Shown here piece by piece: positions 35,327 to 48,690 of a DNA stretch of 64,000 bases. Position numbers and translations under genes: made by a program. The DNA is from Mytilus edulis (taxonomy: Eukaryota). Within the stretch, counting starts at the first letter, position 1. Each line of letters opens with the position of its first letter. The stretch covers positions 70,514,935-70,578,934 of the forward strand of contig NC_092347.1 in NCBI RefSeq assembly GCF_963676685.1. The letters run 5' to 3'. The notes under the pieces were generated by a model that was not told the DNA's origin, made no database searches, and saw nothing but the letters and a program-made list of their open reading frames with translations.

Positions 35327-38300
35327 CTGCAGAAAAATACAATAATTGAAAATTCAGTCGTAGTACATTTTTCTTTCTTTGATTTTGTGTGAGTTTTTTT
35401 GGGTACTTTTATTTTCAGGCCAGGTGAAGCACGCCTCCGGGTGCGGGAGTTTCTCGCTGCATTTAAGACTCATTGGTGGCCTTCGGCTATTGTCTGCTCT
35501 TTGGTTGTTAGTTCTTTGTCACTTTCCCCATTTCTATTCTCAATTTTATGTAAAGTTATGTATGAATGAAAGGAGATGTGTGATACAAGTCAATGAGATA
35601 GGAACCTAACGAAACAACAATAAACAAAGTTTGAAGTGGTCCATACTTAGGACAAGTACATGAGCCTCTCTCTGTCTTTTTACATTTTTTAAAAATATTT
35701 CCACCCTTCTGTTATATTGTTGTATGTACAAGGAAGTGTGACGTGTTTGCAACGATAGCGTCAAACAGAGCATTATAGAGCAAGAACAATCTCAATCATA
35801 ATTGAAATATTTTTTTACACTTTATAAATTTCGTGCGCCTGATGCGCATTTTTTGGTTTATCTTCATTAGGAACGCGCAAATCTAAAAATATATAGGGAG
35901 TTGGTTTCATTGGCAATTTGCAGTGACTTTATTTTTTGGGAGAGCTAATTGGAACAGGGGTACCTATTGTCCAGTCCATTTACTGTCATTTACGAATCTT
36001 TCACTTTATCATAAATAAAAGGTAATAAATTTGTGGCAAGATAAATGGTAAACTTAAACTGTAAAATTGATTCAGTGATTCAAAAAAATATATGTGTATG
36101 TGCGCGTTCGCTATATTCGTAGACTTAGTTTGGGTTTTAAAATATTGATTTGACAGGAAACAAATTATAAAAAAGTCGTCCTAGTATGCAAATCATAACT
36201 ACGGACGTCATTTGGTGTGAAAATTTGGAAAAATGATATCATAAGAACTAATAAACGAACCCTGTTACAGTTATTTACACAATTTTCCACTAAATCAGTG
36301 TATCGTATTTCAAAATGTCATACCTTTTAATAAGTAAAGTCGGTATATTCGTCGATACCGGTACGTTACATATGCGTGTATTAGTATTACATTTTCGCGA
36401 GAAATATCATTACTCTTCCAAGTATTGTACGTTTATGAACATGATGAAAGGGCCATAATTAGACCTTCTATAGCTTATAATAAAGGGAAGAATTCGTGTA
36501 AGACGAAACTGAGAACTGGTGACCAATCTACCACCCGTTATCACGGTCTCGCACTACTGGTATATATATACAGCCACCTGATGAATACTCTTGGCATGGA
36601 CGAAACCTGTTTTAAATTACTAATATATTTGAAATCCGCACATTTAATTTAATGATATTTCTCGCGCTGAAATCCGCACATTCAAATGTAATGATATTTC
36701 TCGCGCAAATGCAACATTTTTCCCAGAAAGGTAAAAACCATGGTCCAAACGACACCAGAAAATTGAATGGATATTCGTGAAGTGAAATATATAATAGGAC
36801 TTTTAGAAAGATAGTTGTATTTAATAGCATGGCAAATATACAGGAAGATGTATAGGATAAAGTCGCGCAAATATATATATATTTTTGTTCGCGCGAACAT
36901 AATGTTCGTTATTCACAAAATTCACCCTGCGTCTATACAGGTTTACATACCTCGTATTATGACCACTTGTAAGAAGAGAATCCAAGACAGCTTCAAAGGT
37001 ATCATTGTAAAAAAAGATATATTAAATTGAATAAACACTTGCAAACACTAAAATAAATGGCTTTCAATTTGTTTAAGGAGAACTGCGCCCTAGGTTTACA
37101 TGAAATGATATCCAACACATAATCATCCAGGCTTTAAATTATTCTATATACCATGAAGCAAAAGATGTGTTATTAAATTGAATTCAAATTTATAGGTCAA
37201 TTAAATAAATATATATTATATTTGTCTGGAGTTATTTGTTAGTAAATTAACTCTGGGAAGTCAAAACCTGAATACATAAACAAATACATGTAGATAACAA
37301 TAGACACAAAAACAAATTTGAATTTAAAGCCGGTATGTAAATAATAGTATTGGTGTAAATAGTAAAAAAAGTACGTATGAACGCGTGGTCTTTGTTTCAC
37401 TTTACATCGTTACAGGTTCAAATATAGTCCTCGTGTACTTGGGCCTGTTTTCTATTCAATGCCCTTTTTTATATATTGATCTACATTGTATGTTTGTCCC
37501 AAATGGAAGAAATATAACAATTGGTAAATCAATTGTACCATTCAGTGACCAAAAAATATGGACTATTCGGCCGGTATCTATTTCACTGACGTCTTCACTC
37601 GCAGTCAACAGTATTTGAAAAGAAGTTTATTAACTCGTAGATTTTGTATATATTCGTAATGACTCACTTTTAGTATTGTTTTTGTTTTGTATTTTTACAA
37701 ATTGTCAATCTCATCTGGTAATGCATATACCAATAGATTCTTAATACGCACCGAGAGAGATACACTTACCCCTTAAGTTGAGGCTGTGACATTATTTTTA
37801 AAATTTTAAAGCAGAGTGCTTTAAAGAGTATAAAACACTGTAGTTGAATTTGTTTCTATAATATTATTTTTATGCCGCTGAATTCAAATTCAGTACTGTT
37901 TAGACATTTCGCTTGCAGTCAATCAATCCAGTTCTGTTCTATATCATTTCAGACCTTTGTTGAATTTGAATAAAAGAGATAAACAAATATTAGTCAGAAC
38001 AGTCTGAAATAGACAGAGCATATTTTATTGACTGTAATCGATGCGTCTAAATAGCACTAAATTTGCGCGAACGCTTAACTTTAACCAATGAAAGTTAGTT
38101 AAAACTCTGAATTCATACTACATTGTATAGGGGATAAGTCTGAAAATGTATTTACAAACTGAAAATGATTGATTAATTTAGAGATCAGTTTCTTTTAAGA
38201 TATGTTCAGATTAAACGTATCGTTTATTTTCGCGAAATAAAGTTGACCTAACCTTATGGTACATTAAGAAAAAGGTCCCAACCTGGGGCCAACGGATATA

Positions 38301-38576
38301 AGTATACAAATCTCAGTCTCAAAATTGCTATTAGTAAATTGTTAATATCCTTACTCATATAATGTAACCGAAAACTTGACTAGGTCAGCTGATTGTGACA
38401 AAGTTTTGAGAGAAGGGGCCAGTGGTATCACATGAACATTTTCAGGGCCAGGGCATGCTAGTAACAAAGCACATTGTGTATAAATTGCAATTTAAAAGAA
38501 ATCATCAGTGATACCAAAACAACTAAAGGCATATATTTCCTGCATAATCAGGACTTCAACAATACTGTTATAGTAT

Positions 38577-39113
38577 GTGTTCATACAGGAACTTCTTAGG
38601 AAGAAAGATAAGAAGTTAGCAATATCCTTTAACTCTACTTTCCGCTATATAGATGATGTTCTTTCGCTAAATAATTCAAAATTTGGTGACTTTGTCGAAC
38701 GCATCTATCCCATTGAACTAGAGATAAAGGATACAACAGATACAGTTAAGTCGGCCTCATACCTTGACTTACATCTAGAAATTGACAATGAGGATCGATT
38801 GAAAACAAAACTTTACGACAAAAGAGAAGATTTCAGCTTTCCAATTGTGAACTTTCCATTTCTAAGTAGCAACATTCCAGCAGCATACGGTGAATATATC
38901 TCCCAATTGATACGATATTCCCGTGCGTGCATTTCCTATCACGAATTTCTTGATGGAGGGTTGTTGCTCACAAGGAATCTAATAAATCAAGAGTTCCAAA
39001 CGGTGAAGTTGGAATCAACTCTTCGTAAATTTTACGGACGCAATCACGAGTTATTTGACTGTTATGGAATAACCGTTTCACAAATGATATCGGATATGTT
39101 CCTAACATCGTAA
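38577..39113 (+). mobile_element. Penelope-like RT, C-terminal fragment (second family member)
   Basis: FRYIDDVLSLNN...LYDKREDFSFPIVNFPFL...YISQLIRYSRAC is colinear with 33250-33560 (FRYLDDILALNN...IYDKRDDFSFPIVNYPFL...YISQLVRFARVC). Confidence 0.55.
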
Positions 39114-40302
39114 CTACAATCCCCTTCCCTTTCATAAATGTGACCTACCGAATTATAATACTATTTACTGGGTTTGTAATCACATAAGCAACACGACGGG
39201 TGTCACATGTTGAGCAGGATCTGCTTACCCTTTCGGAGCACCCGAGATCACCCCTAGTTTTTGGTGGGGTTCATGTTGTTTATTCTTTAGTTTTCTATGT
39301 TGTGTCATGTGTACTATTGTTTGTCTGTTTGTCCTTTTCATTTCAAGTTAGCCATGGCTTTGTCATTTTATTTTTGATTTATGAGTTTGACTGTCCCTCT
39401 GGTATCTTTCGTCCCTCTTTTATACGTTCATATTTTCATTTATCTTCTAAAAGAAATGCACTACGAAATAATTGTGGTCTCGGACCTGCTGTTTTATAAT
39501 TGCCAATTTCAAATGAGAATATATCCAGATCAGAGATACTGAGCCTTTAATTTTAATTGACAACTTATTTGTTACATTTGGAGGATGAGTCTGAACATAC
39601 TAGTAGTCAGTCAGGATTCTTATTTGGAAGCAAAAGTGCTTGTTTCTTCAATCCGTTAAGGCAGACTTCAAGTAACTACTAAGTTGTGTCTAACCACCTC
39701 CGCTACATAAGGGGGTCTCATATAGTCAATATGTTCATAGAGGGGGGGCAAGGGGGGTCCCAATAACAGCATAACAGCAAATTGATTTGGCTTATAACAG
39801 ATAACAAGGAATTAAAATGGACAAAAACAGATAACAGTAAATGAAATATTAAAATAAGTCAGGTCCTGGACTGATTGAAAGATTATGTCTCCATCATATG
39901 AAAATCAAGCACAATCCCTTCCGTTGCTGAATTTTTTCATTAATTGTAACTCATAACAATACAGAAACAGGTCCACAATAAGTGGTGCACAGTTAGTCCC
40001 CATTGAAATTGTGATAGCTTGACAATATACGTAAACTTCATAGCAGACAAAAATGATATCTAGTAAAAATTAAGGGCAGTTATGGTATCAAAGCAGGTCC
40101 AATTGACATAGTTCTTTTGTTTGTTATTACTAAAAAATGACCTGAAAGAGTTTGAATATATATATTTGCATTCTGAATTTTTTTAAATGCATGTTCAATG
40201 CATGAAGTGTGATTTTTTTCTTAATAAGACTACGAGGCACAGTGGTATATAGGGTAGAAAAATCAAAGGCACAAATTATAAGCATGCAATTTATCAAGTA
40301 CT

Positions 40303-40535
40303 TCAAAATAATTTTGACACTCCAATTATTCCACTATTTTCAAAGGCCTTATTTGAACAACTTATTATCAGGTTTTTTAGTGTACCAAGTGTACTAGTAA
40401 GTAGAATACATAGTTTAGTAGTGGAACAATGGCTTAAAGACGAAATAAATCTTTGTTTGTAATGAGTTAGGTGCAGCTTCGGAACCCAGTACATGGTTTG
40501 AACTTTCATTGTACAATGTATTTGGTTCTGCTTTG
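40303..40535 (-). mobile_element. Penelope-like element 5' fragment (third copy), with the same 5' start as the 32560 copy
   Basis: MKVQTMYWVPKLHLTHYKQRFISSLSHCSTTKL... against MKVLTMYWLPKLHKTPYKYRFISSSSHCSTTKL.... About 25 nt upstream of the ATG also match (gcaga[ag]ccaaataca[at]tg). Confidence 0.5.
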
Positions 40536-41700
40536 AAAAGAATCACAGATCTGAGTCTGTGTACTTTATTATGTAAAATGTTATTGCGAACCCTATCTTA
40601 GTTTTCCATAGATTCACCTGCAAGTTACCTGTCCATTTAAACTTTTGTAAGTCCTATTGTCCCATCTAACAAATACAACAGGTATTGTTCTCTGTGTAGT
40701 TTATTCACTGGGACCTTTAAATTTCTTCTAGGAGAAATATATCACTCATTGATTAATTTACCTGACCAAAAAATTATCTTCTTTTTTATTGAAATACTTC
40801 TAATAACTCACATAAACTGTATGCAATATTGTATTTATTCAATATTATCATTAATATATTTTCAATCTGTTCAATATAAAATCTGGTTTAATACTAAAAA
40901 GTTTATTTCAGACACATTTTTTAGTATTTTCCAATGAATTTACATGTTTTTGTTGTTGTTCATTTATAGACTTATGTTTATGAAGACCTTAATTTAAAAA
41001 TAATAATATTCAATTTTTATGCCCCATCTACGATAGTAGAGGGGCATTATGTTTTCTGGTCTGTGCGTCCGTTCGTTCGTCCGTCCGTCCGTCCGTCCGT
41101 CTGTCCCGCCTCAGGTTAAAGTTTTTGGTCAAGGTAGTTTTTGATGAAGTTGAAGTCCAATCGACTTGGTACACATGTTCCCTGTGATATGATCTTTCTA
41201 ATTTTAATGCCAAATTAGAGATTTTACTCCAATTTCACGGTCCAATGAACATAGAAAATGATAGTGCGAGTGGGGCATTCGTGTACTGAGGACACATTCT
41301 TGTTTATTTATCAAACACACAAAAATATTGAATATTTGATCAGAAATCAACTTTTAATTTTTGAATCAGTATTTCAAATGTAATATTGAACACATTAAAA
41401 ACGAGTTACTCCAGGTATCGAATAAATACAACACCACATGCAGTTTTGTGAGTCCTTACTTAGTATTGGTATAAGTATTTTTTCTTCATTGACAGTTCAA
41501 TTTTTTACTCAGGTAGATTAATCAATGTGTGATATATTTCTCCTAGAAGAAATTTAAAGGTCTGAATGAATAAACTACACAGAGAACAATACCTGTTGTA
41601 TTTGTTAGATGGGACAATAGAACTGCCAAAAGTTTAAATGGACAGGTAACTTGCAGGTGAATCTATGGAAAACTACGATAGGGTTCGCAATAATTGGTAG
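40510..41700. repeat. About 1.2-kb imperfect palindrome with a MITE-A copy at its centre
   Basis: 40510-40770 is the reverse complement of 41510-41700 (e.g. ...cctgcaagttacctgtccatttaaacttttg... / ...caaaagtttaaatggacaggtaacttgcagg...). Weaker inverted similarity continues toward the centre (40800-41020 against 41300-41500). Confidence 0.6.
41022..41305 (-). repeat. MITE family A, copy 3
   Basis: atgccccatctacgatagtagaggggcattatgttttctggtctgtgcgtccgttcgttcgtccgtccgtcc... Confidence 0.7.
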
Positions 41701-42559
41701 TAAAGACCTACATGTAGTTCTTAATTGAGATCTTCATCAGATATCCCTGGCCATATATTTTTCTTTTTGTCATATTAAGAAATGCTCGAATTTAATATGT
41801 ATGTACGGGAAACAAGGAACATTATCCCCATACAAAAAAAATAATTCTAAATACAGCCTTCAACACAGAGCCTTGGCTCACACCGAACAGCAAGCTACAT
41901 GTTCATAAAAAGAATGGATTTTATTACAAAGGATAATCATAAGATATACTGGAATTGTCCTGGATCTCACTGATATTAATATGTTTATGTGTTGATCTGT
42001 GATGGGTATATATTAATGAAATCCTTCACCGCCGATACGGGACCACCGTATTACTAGTGGTAGACCCCAATGTCCAATAATCTTCAATTTCTACCGAATA
42101 TGGGCTGTCACAAAAGAAAATGCTAACATTCCAATTTTCAATAACAGTTAACAGCAAATATATTATCACAATAACAGATAACAAAAAACCTAATAGTCCA
42201 ATAACAGCTAACAATGAATAAGACAATAACAGCTAACAGAAAATATATTTTCAGAATAACAGATAACAAAGAATTAAATTGCCCCATAACAGCATAACAG
42301 TTAAACCCCTTGCCCCCCTCTTCATACAGAAGCTTCTGTAGCTAGAGAGAAGATAGCATTATCCTTTACTTTCGTGTCACACTATATAGAGTATGTCTCC
42401 AAACTAAATATTTCAAGTTAGTTATGAAAATATTTTTAATAATTTATCCCATTGAACTTGAAAAAAAGAATAAAAACACATATACTTACATAAAGAAATT
42501 GACAATGAAATTTGGTTTAGAACAAAACCTTTTGAAACAAGAATGTGCATTAGCGGATT

Positions 42560-42667
42560 CAAAAGGGGGGGGGGGCAGGTGGGAACCCCCTTTTTTGGAC
42601 GATCAATGCATTTGAAAGGGAGCAAATTGTTGGACCTCCTTTTAAAATTGCTGGATCCACCCCTGAT
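42560..42667. repeat. MITE family B copy, adjacent to MITE-A copy 4
   Basis: aaagggggggggggcaggtgggaacccccttttttggacgatcaatgcatttgaaaggg...ctggatccacccctg. Confidence 0.5.
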
Positions 42668-42950
42668 GTGTCCCCAGTACATGCATGCCCCATCAGCACT
42701 CGTGATCATTTTCTATGTTCAGTGGACCGTGAAAACGGGCGAAAATCTCTAATTTAGCATTACAATTAGAAAGATCATATCATAGGGAACATGTGTACTA
42801 AGTTTCAAGTTGATTGGACTTCAACTTCATCAAACATTTCCTCGACCAAAAACTTAAACTTGAAGCTGGACAGACGGACAAACGGACGAACGAATGAACA
42901 AACGAACGCACTGACCAGAAAACATAATGCCCATAAATGGGGCATAAAAA
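42668..42950 (+). repeat. MITE family A, copy 4; forms an inverted pair with copy 3 about 1.36 kb away
   Basis: gtgtccccagtacatgcatgccccatcagcactcgtgatcattttctatgttcagtggaccgtg...cataatgcccataaatggggcat. Confidence 0.7.
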
Positions 42951-44480
42951 AAGAGATAATTTCAACTTTCTGATTGTTCACAATCAATTTCTAGGTAGCA
43001 ACATACCATCAGCTTCTGAATATGAATAGCTGATGATAAGATAATTCAGAGCTTTCATTCCATATCATGATGTAGTTGATATTAGGTTGCTGCATACAAG
43101 GGTTGAGTACAGGATATCAAGGGGAACAGTTGAAGAAATCCTGAAGAAAGTTTCATGTATACCATCATGGGTAGGACGACCGTCATGTAATATCTGTCAT
43201 AAATGATAACCTTAATTATAGCAACAACCCGGTTCTCGTTTTCTTGATTGTACTATAACAAGATTAGACTAATCATCAAGTTTTTACTAACCAAGAGCAA
43301 TATTGGTAGTACCTAAGAGGTTGGATTTGCTTAGTCAGAAGTTTTCTTTGTAGTGTTTTGAAAGCAATTTATGTGTTATTAATTTCTTGCTCTTTGTTGC
43401 ACTTTCTTCAACCTTTGTGTATTTTTAATTGTTTCTGTGTTATCTTCCACCTCTTTTTTTAGCAAACATGATCAATGTTTCAAGTTCTTTTAACCATAAA
43501 CATGTCTTAATTTTTTAAGGCAATAGCAATAAATTGCTTCGCCAAGGGCAGCTGGATACGACCACAGAGGTCCAACCCTGAACTGTTGGGGCAAAAATAG
43601 ACAAAATTTTCGTGCTTAATACAGGTTTGAATTTAGATTGTAATTAAATATTTGACACATACTAGGTTTCAAACACAGAACGACTGTAGTCAAAGAACTT
43701 AGAATTGGTAATATGCTCAATTTTTGCTTTTGTCTAATACACAATGCTGTTGCAGATTGCCCCCCTCTCCAAAAAAAAAATAATACCCTCCCTTTATTTT
43801 ATTTTATGCAATACCGTATGCTGTTGCATATTTACCCCAACCCAGAAAAAAAAATGTATCCCCCCCCCTTTCCTACAATTTTTTTTTAAACCTCCACCCT
43901 TTTTCCAAAATAATTTCTTTCCTTCAAGTTATGGTCAAATTTCAATTCAAATTTCCATTGGAGATGCAACCATAATTACCGATTTAAATACATCTTTTAA
44001 TTTAAAAGTCTTATAATAAAAAAAAAAAAATTTTGCAGTCGTATAAAAACACAAAATATTGGTAAAAATCGTCATATATTTAGTCTTGCCTATCATTTTT
44101 TAATTTGAAGTTTCATTCTAACAATTATACCTATCAAGATAATAGACTAACATGGTCATTTAAGGGTAATGCCTAGTATGTAACTGGTCTGACAGTTTTG
44201 GTGTAAGTGGACATTTGGTATATCTCAATAATTTGGAGACATCTCTTATTTGTATTTTTAATATCATTTTTCTTGTCTTTGTTTCATAACATGATGCACA
44301 TGTTTTTTTTTAATAAACTTAAAACATATCATGTTTAGAAAGTAACAATAACACTCAAGGGAATTCCTTATAGTTTTAATTTAGAAACAAAAGCTAGCAG
44401 GCTAAAAAATAAACAAGAATTAAAATCAAAATTTCAGGGGCAACAAGTTTAAAATAGCCTTGAACAGATTTTTCTGATAC

Positions 44481-45552
44481 AGTGAAACCTGGGTAAACCG
44501 AACCCTGATAAAACCGAATTTCAGTTTAAACCGAACAATTTTCAAAGTCCCACAAAATGTCCTTATCAATTAACGTTAATCTAACCTGACAAAACCGAAC
44601 CCTGTCAACACCGAATTCCGAACGCTTTTTGAAGGCTCGTTAGTAAATTTGTATCTAAAAATTACCTGTCAAAATCGATCAATACCAATCAAAACAATAA
44701 AATATTATTAATTATTTGCATGACTTAATTAAACAAACACAGGATGGCAGAGTATCCCCGAAGGTATTTGAGGTTTAATGAACTTGTGAGTTGTTATTAC
44801 AAACTAATTAGTATATCTGTGTCCATGTATAAAGTTATTTTTTTTGTAAAGAAACGTTAAACTGGTCATGCTGGTCAGCTACCCACATCGCCGATAATGA
44901 CAAAAAAGGAACTTTCCCTCAGTTCAATTAAATGCACCTTACTCAAATAATTACGGCCTTTCACCGGATTAAGAAGTTGTGCAACACAACAAGGTCAATG
45001 GATTTTGATTGCTGGGTTCCCTTTAGAGGCCCTATATATTTGATTCGAATGCTCCCGAAGACTTCCGTTAGCTATTTAGCAACGATAAAGTCCGAGAATA
45101 AACTAGACCCCTGCTGTTGTTTCACTGTTGTCGTGTGCCGAAGTATCAATCAGTGGGTGACCAGTTTAGTCCGAGAACTCGTGTGTACAATGATGTTCCC
45201 GATTCAATTACGATTCATTTGACAGTGACTGTGAATCTAAATTGGTCAGTGAATTAACGGATGAGAAAATAATTATAAAAGCCAAATCGCTCCACATCGG
45301 ATATCTCCGAAAGACGAGCGTGATTGACGGAGTGGCGTTTGATTTATAAACAAAAATGTAGCAAAACGTCTATCTTCTTTTAATTTTACATTTACATCTA
45401 AATCAACACAAAAATAATTTGTGGTATGTTGTGTCACCTATCATCCCTTGTCAGTAAATGCCAAAATTATTTTGGTGTCGACTTCCGAACACCTGTGAAT
45501 ACCGAACAAAACGCAAAGTCCCGTGGGTGTTCGGTTTGGACAGGTTTCACTG
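44481..45552. mobile_element. Non-autonomous Tc1/mariner-like element (about 1.07 kb) with 26-bp inverted repeats, subterminal AACCGAA repeats and TA target-site duplication
   Basis: 5' cagtgaaacctgggtaaaccgaac ... 3' gttcggtttggacaggtttcactg. Flanked by TA on both sides (ga|TA|cagtg ... cactg|TA|tattc). Confidence 0.6.
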
Positions 45553-46069
45553 TATATTCAATAAGTGCTTGATGAGATGGCCATTTTTACTGTTAGTTTC
45601 TCTCTAAATGCTATAGTTTTCCAGATAATAGCTAACAAACAGCAGTTTGCTTCCTTATGTTTGAATATTAGCCTTAGTGACCATGATGATTGATCTATCA
45701 AGATACAAATCACATAAAGATGCCAGACAGAACAAAAAACAATAAGGCAACTGTTGTGTTTAACAGATATGATTAATTCAGCTCTTTTTTCTTCTGAAAC
45801 ATAAAGTTTTATTCAAATAGCCTTGTTTGCATCAGTTTGTCATGTCTGTCTAGCAGTCTGTGACTTATTTTGTAGGCAAAACAAAAATCATTTAAATGAG
45901 CTAACAATTTATTTTCTTTCTATGGTTAACAAATGTAAATTTCTCCTCAGTTAACAATGGCAAAATGTGTTCTTTGCATATAAACTTTTTTGTTGTGAAT
46001 TCTATTTTTTTTTTGCATTTTTTAGTCTTTCTTCTGTGTTGGGTCAATCAAAAATATGTTTAGGTTGAA

Positions 46070-46162
46070 CTAATCCTCCTCTTCCTTTCTGAGTCCATGT
46101 TTTTGGCCCTTCTCCACAGAGTTTGTGTAGGTGTTGATTTCAAGTAGCTGAGTGATAGCAGT
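46070..46162 (-). CDS. MCMBP: MCMBP, putative last coding exon (stop at 46070-46072)
   Basis: Acceptor tatttcag|ACTGC. The frame gives TAITQLLEINTYTNSVEKGQKHGLRKEEED*. The phase is assumed. Confidence 0.35.
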   Translation of the reverse strand, partial: TAITQLLEINTYTNSVEKGQKHGLRKEEED

Positions 46163-46439
46163 CTGAAATATATATGTTATAATATATAATTTTGAAGAAA
46201 AAAATATCATTCAAGGGCAATTAAACTGGAAAAGGAATTGATGATTTCAGCAATGTTGACTATTTGTACATCTTTAAATTTTGCTGATTATTCTAGTTTG
46301 TAAAAGTTTATCTGTATTGGATATAGATTCTGCAAATAAATCAAAGGGCTGATTGCTCTGAGGTGGAAGAAGGTGAATAAAAGGTAACTTGAATTACCAT
46401 AAAAGCAGCCCCACTAACCCAGCCTGCCTTGTTCCATTA

Positions 46440-46605
46440 TAAAAACAGAAAGATCATATCTAAGGAACTCATGTGTAGTAAGTTTAAAGTTGATTGGACT
46501 TCAACTTCATCAAAAACTACCTGGACCATAAACTTTAACCTGAAGCAGGACGGACAGACAGACCAGAAAACATAATGCCCATAAATGGGGCATAAAAATA
46601 GTAAG
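46440..46605 (+). repeat. MITE family A, copy 5 (internally deleted)
   Basis: gatcatatctaaggaactcatgtgtagtaagtttaaagttgattggacttcaacttcatcaaaaactacc...cataatgcccataaatggggcat. Confidence 0.6.
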
Positions 46606-47224
46606 ACTTGTTACATACCTGTCAACTTTTAAAAATTCCCATGGGGGTTATTTATAGTGCACAACAACAATTTTAAAGGTTACAATTTTTAGCGCAGTAT
46701 TTTGCGCAATCTGGATTGTCTAGAAAAAGTGTCATATTGTATGATGAGCTTACATGCCTTTTTCAAGTCTGTTTGCATGATTCTAGTTATTAAATCAGTA
46801 GAAAAGATGAACATGTAGCTATCAGACCAGGATTTATTTTCTTGTGGGGTCCCAACCTGTTTGTTGGTCTTTGTGAAAAAAAGAATAGTACATTGTGTCA
46901 TCGTGTGATGTGTTTTCGTACTAATAACAATTTTCACTGCTTACGGGTTTCACTGTTGAGTTTTTATTCAGGTGTTTACTCAAATTTAAAAAGCATGTCC
47001 TGTAGATTGATTTTAGGTATCTAGTTTTTTTGTCAAGGCTTACAACGATTTTTTACTGTTTCTGATTACTTTGCGATTTCTGTATTTCAAAAACGGCGTC
47101 ATATGTTTTCATATTAAATAAAAATTGGATCAGTACACGAACAGGAAATGACTATAAAATCCGAAAATGAATATTTTCTTAAGTCGTGGTTCTGGTGATC
47201 CCTTGAATCATAAGGTATATATAG

Positions 47225-47520
47225 AGACTCTTATTAGCCTGTGTCGCTCACCTTGGTCTATGTGCATGTTAAACAAAGGACACAGATGGACTAAAAATAT
47301 TGACTATTTATTATTAATTATTGAGCTCAACATTCTGTTCAGTTTTGTTCCAGTCAGATTTCCTCTATTTATAAGTTTTCAACAAAACTTGCATTTTACT
47401 CCTTTGTTAAATTTTTGGCCATGCTGGCCATCTAGGTTGGCAGGCGGGGTCAAAGATCACATTTTTCAAATTAAATATTCCAATGGACACATGTCCTTGA
47501 AAGAAAAGTCAATGAGAACC
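47225..47520 (+). repeat. Repeat family D copy
   Basis: gagactcttattagcctgtgtcgctcaccttggtctatgtgcatgttaaacaaaggacacagatgga...ggccatgctggccatctaggttggcaggcgggg, matching 11050-11130 and 11950-12000. Confidence 0.55.
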
Positions 47521-47628
47521 TAATTCAGCCCTGGAGATGGAATACACAATGATTGATGCAAACAGACAACAGATCATACAGCACAATGGACATGATGAAC
47601 AGCTAGCTTAGTGTAATCTATCACTTAC

Positions 47629-47717
47629 CTAACTGTACACAACAGAGAATGGAAGTCATCAACTGTCATACTTTTACTATCAACTTTTCTCATGTCTACA
47701 AAGTCGTCTTGGATGAT
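47629..47717 (-). CDS. MCMBP: MCMBP exon
   Basis: attttag|ATCATCCAAGACGAC...ACAGTTAG|GTAAGTGAT, giving IIQDDFVDMRKVDSKSMTVDDFHSLLCTV. Confidence 0.45.
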
Positions 47718-48277
47718 CTAAAATAATAATTTTTATCTTTAGATAACCCAAGAAATATTCAGCTTCTTGGAATCTACCTTAAAACTTAAACTTATTTTAA
47801 GGTCCGCTTTGCAATCTCAACAAACACAAATGCCCCTTTGAAGCTCTGCAATTTTCAAGTTAAAAAAAGGCACAACTCTAATACAGTAAATAATTTTACA
47901 ACCCAACTTCAATCTATGACTGCTTGTTTTTGTGCTTAGCATTGTGTGTGAGTTTCATAAATTTGCATAAGGCAAACTTAAGTTAGAGTGAATAAACATA
48001 AATGAGATAATAGATAAATAATTTAAAGTTGGTAAAAAATTTGCATTTAAGGACAACATCTTCCATTAGGAGTGATATTAGCATTTTTATTGATCTTGTG
48101 TCAGATAATTGTTAAGACTTAATAAAACATGGCAAAATCTCCAATAAGGATACATCCATCATCAAATAGTTTCGGTCAAATAAAAAGTTTTATCGATCTT
48201 ATATTGTTGATCATTTTTGCCATTTATAATTCCTACTTATATGTGAAGTTATTTTTATTTACTGTTCATGAACATAC

Positions 48278-48442
48278 CTTCTGCAATTCATCTGTTAATG
48301 AATAATTAATCTGTTTAGCCAGTGTAATGTATGTGCGTATCTTGGTCAACAATTCTGCTGTCATCCCTGATTCTAACATGCTAAAATGTGCTATCCAATC
48401 TTCTGGCATTATCTTGGCTTCTAATGGTAATAAACAATCACT
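48278..48442 (-). CDS. MCMBP: MCMBP exon
   Basis: ctttttcag|AGTGATTG...CAGAAG|GTATGTTC, giving SDCLLPLEAKIMPEDWIAHFSMLESGMTAELLTKIRTYITLAKQINYSLTDELQK. Confidence 0.5.
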
Positions 48443-48529
48443 CTGAAAAAGAAAACAAAGCAAAGATTCAAATACCAATCAATATAATAGTTTCTGGCCT
48501 GTTATATATTCCATGTACAGATTTAGGAT

Positions 48530-48690
48530 ATAACTGTATTGTATTTTAAGCTCCGATGGCATCAATTGGGGATTTGATGGCCGCAAATTAAGTTTACTGG
48601 CGACGCTTTAGCGGTGACAGTAAACGGGTATTTGCGACCATCAAATCCCAAATTGATGCCATCGGAGCTTAAAATACAATATTGCTATCT
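48530..48690. repeat. Hairpin MITE: about 50-bp near-perfect inverted repeat with an about 45-bp loop
   Basis: attgtattttaagctccgatggcatcaattggggatttgatggccgcaaa ... tttgcgaccatcaaatcccaaattgatgccatcggagcttaaaatacaat. Confidence 0.7.
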
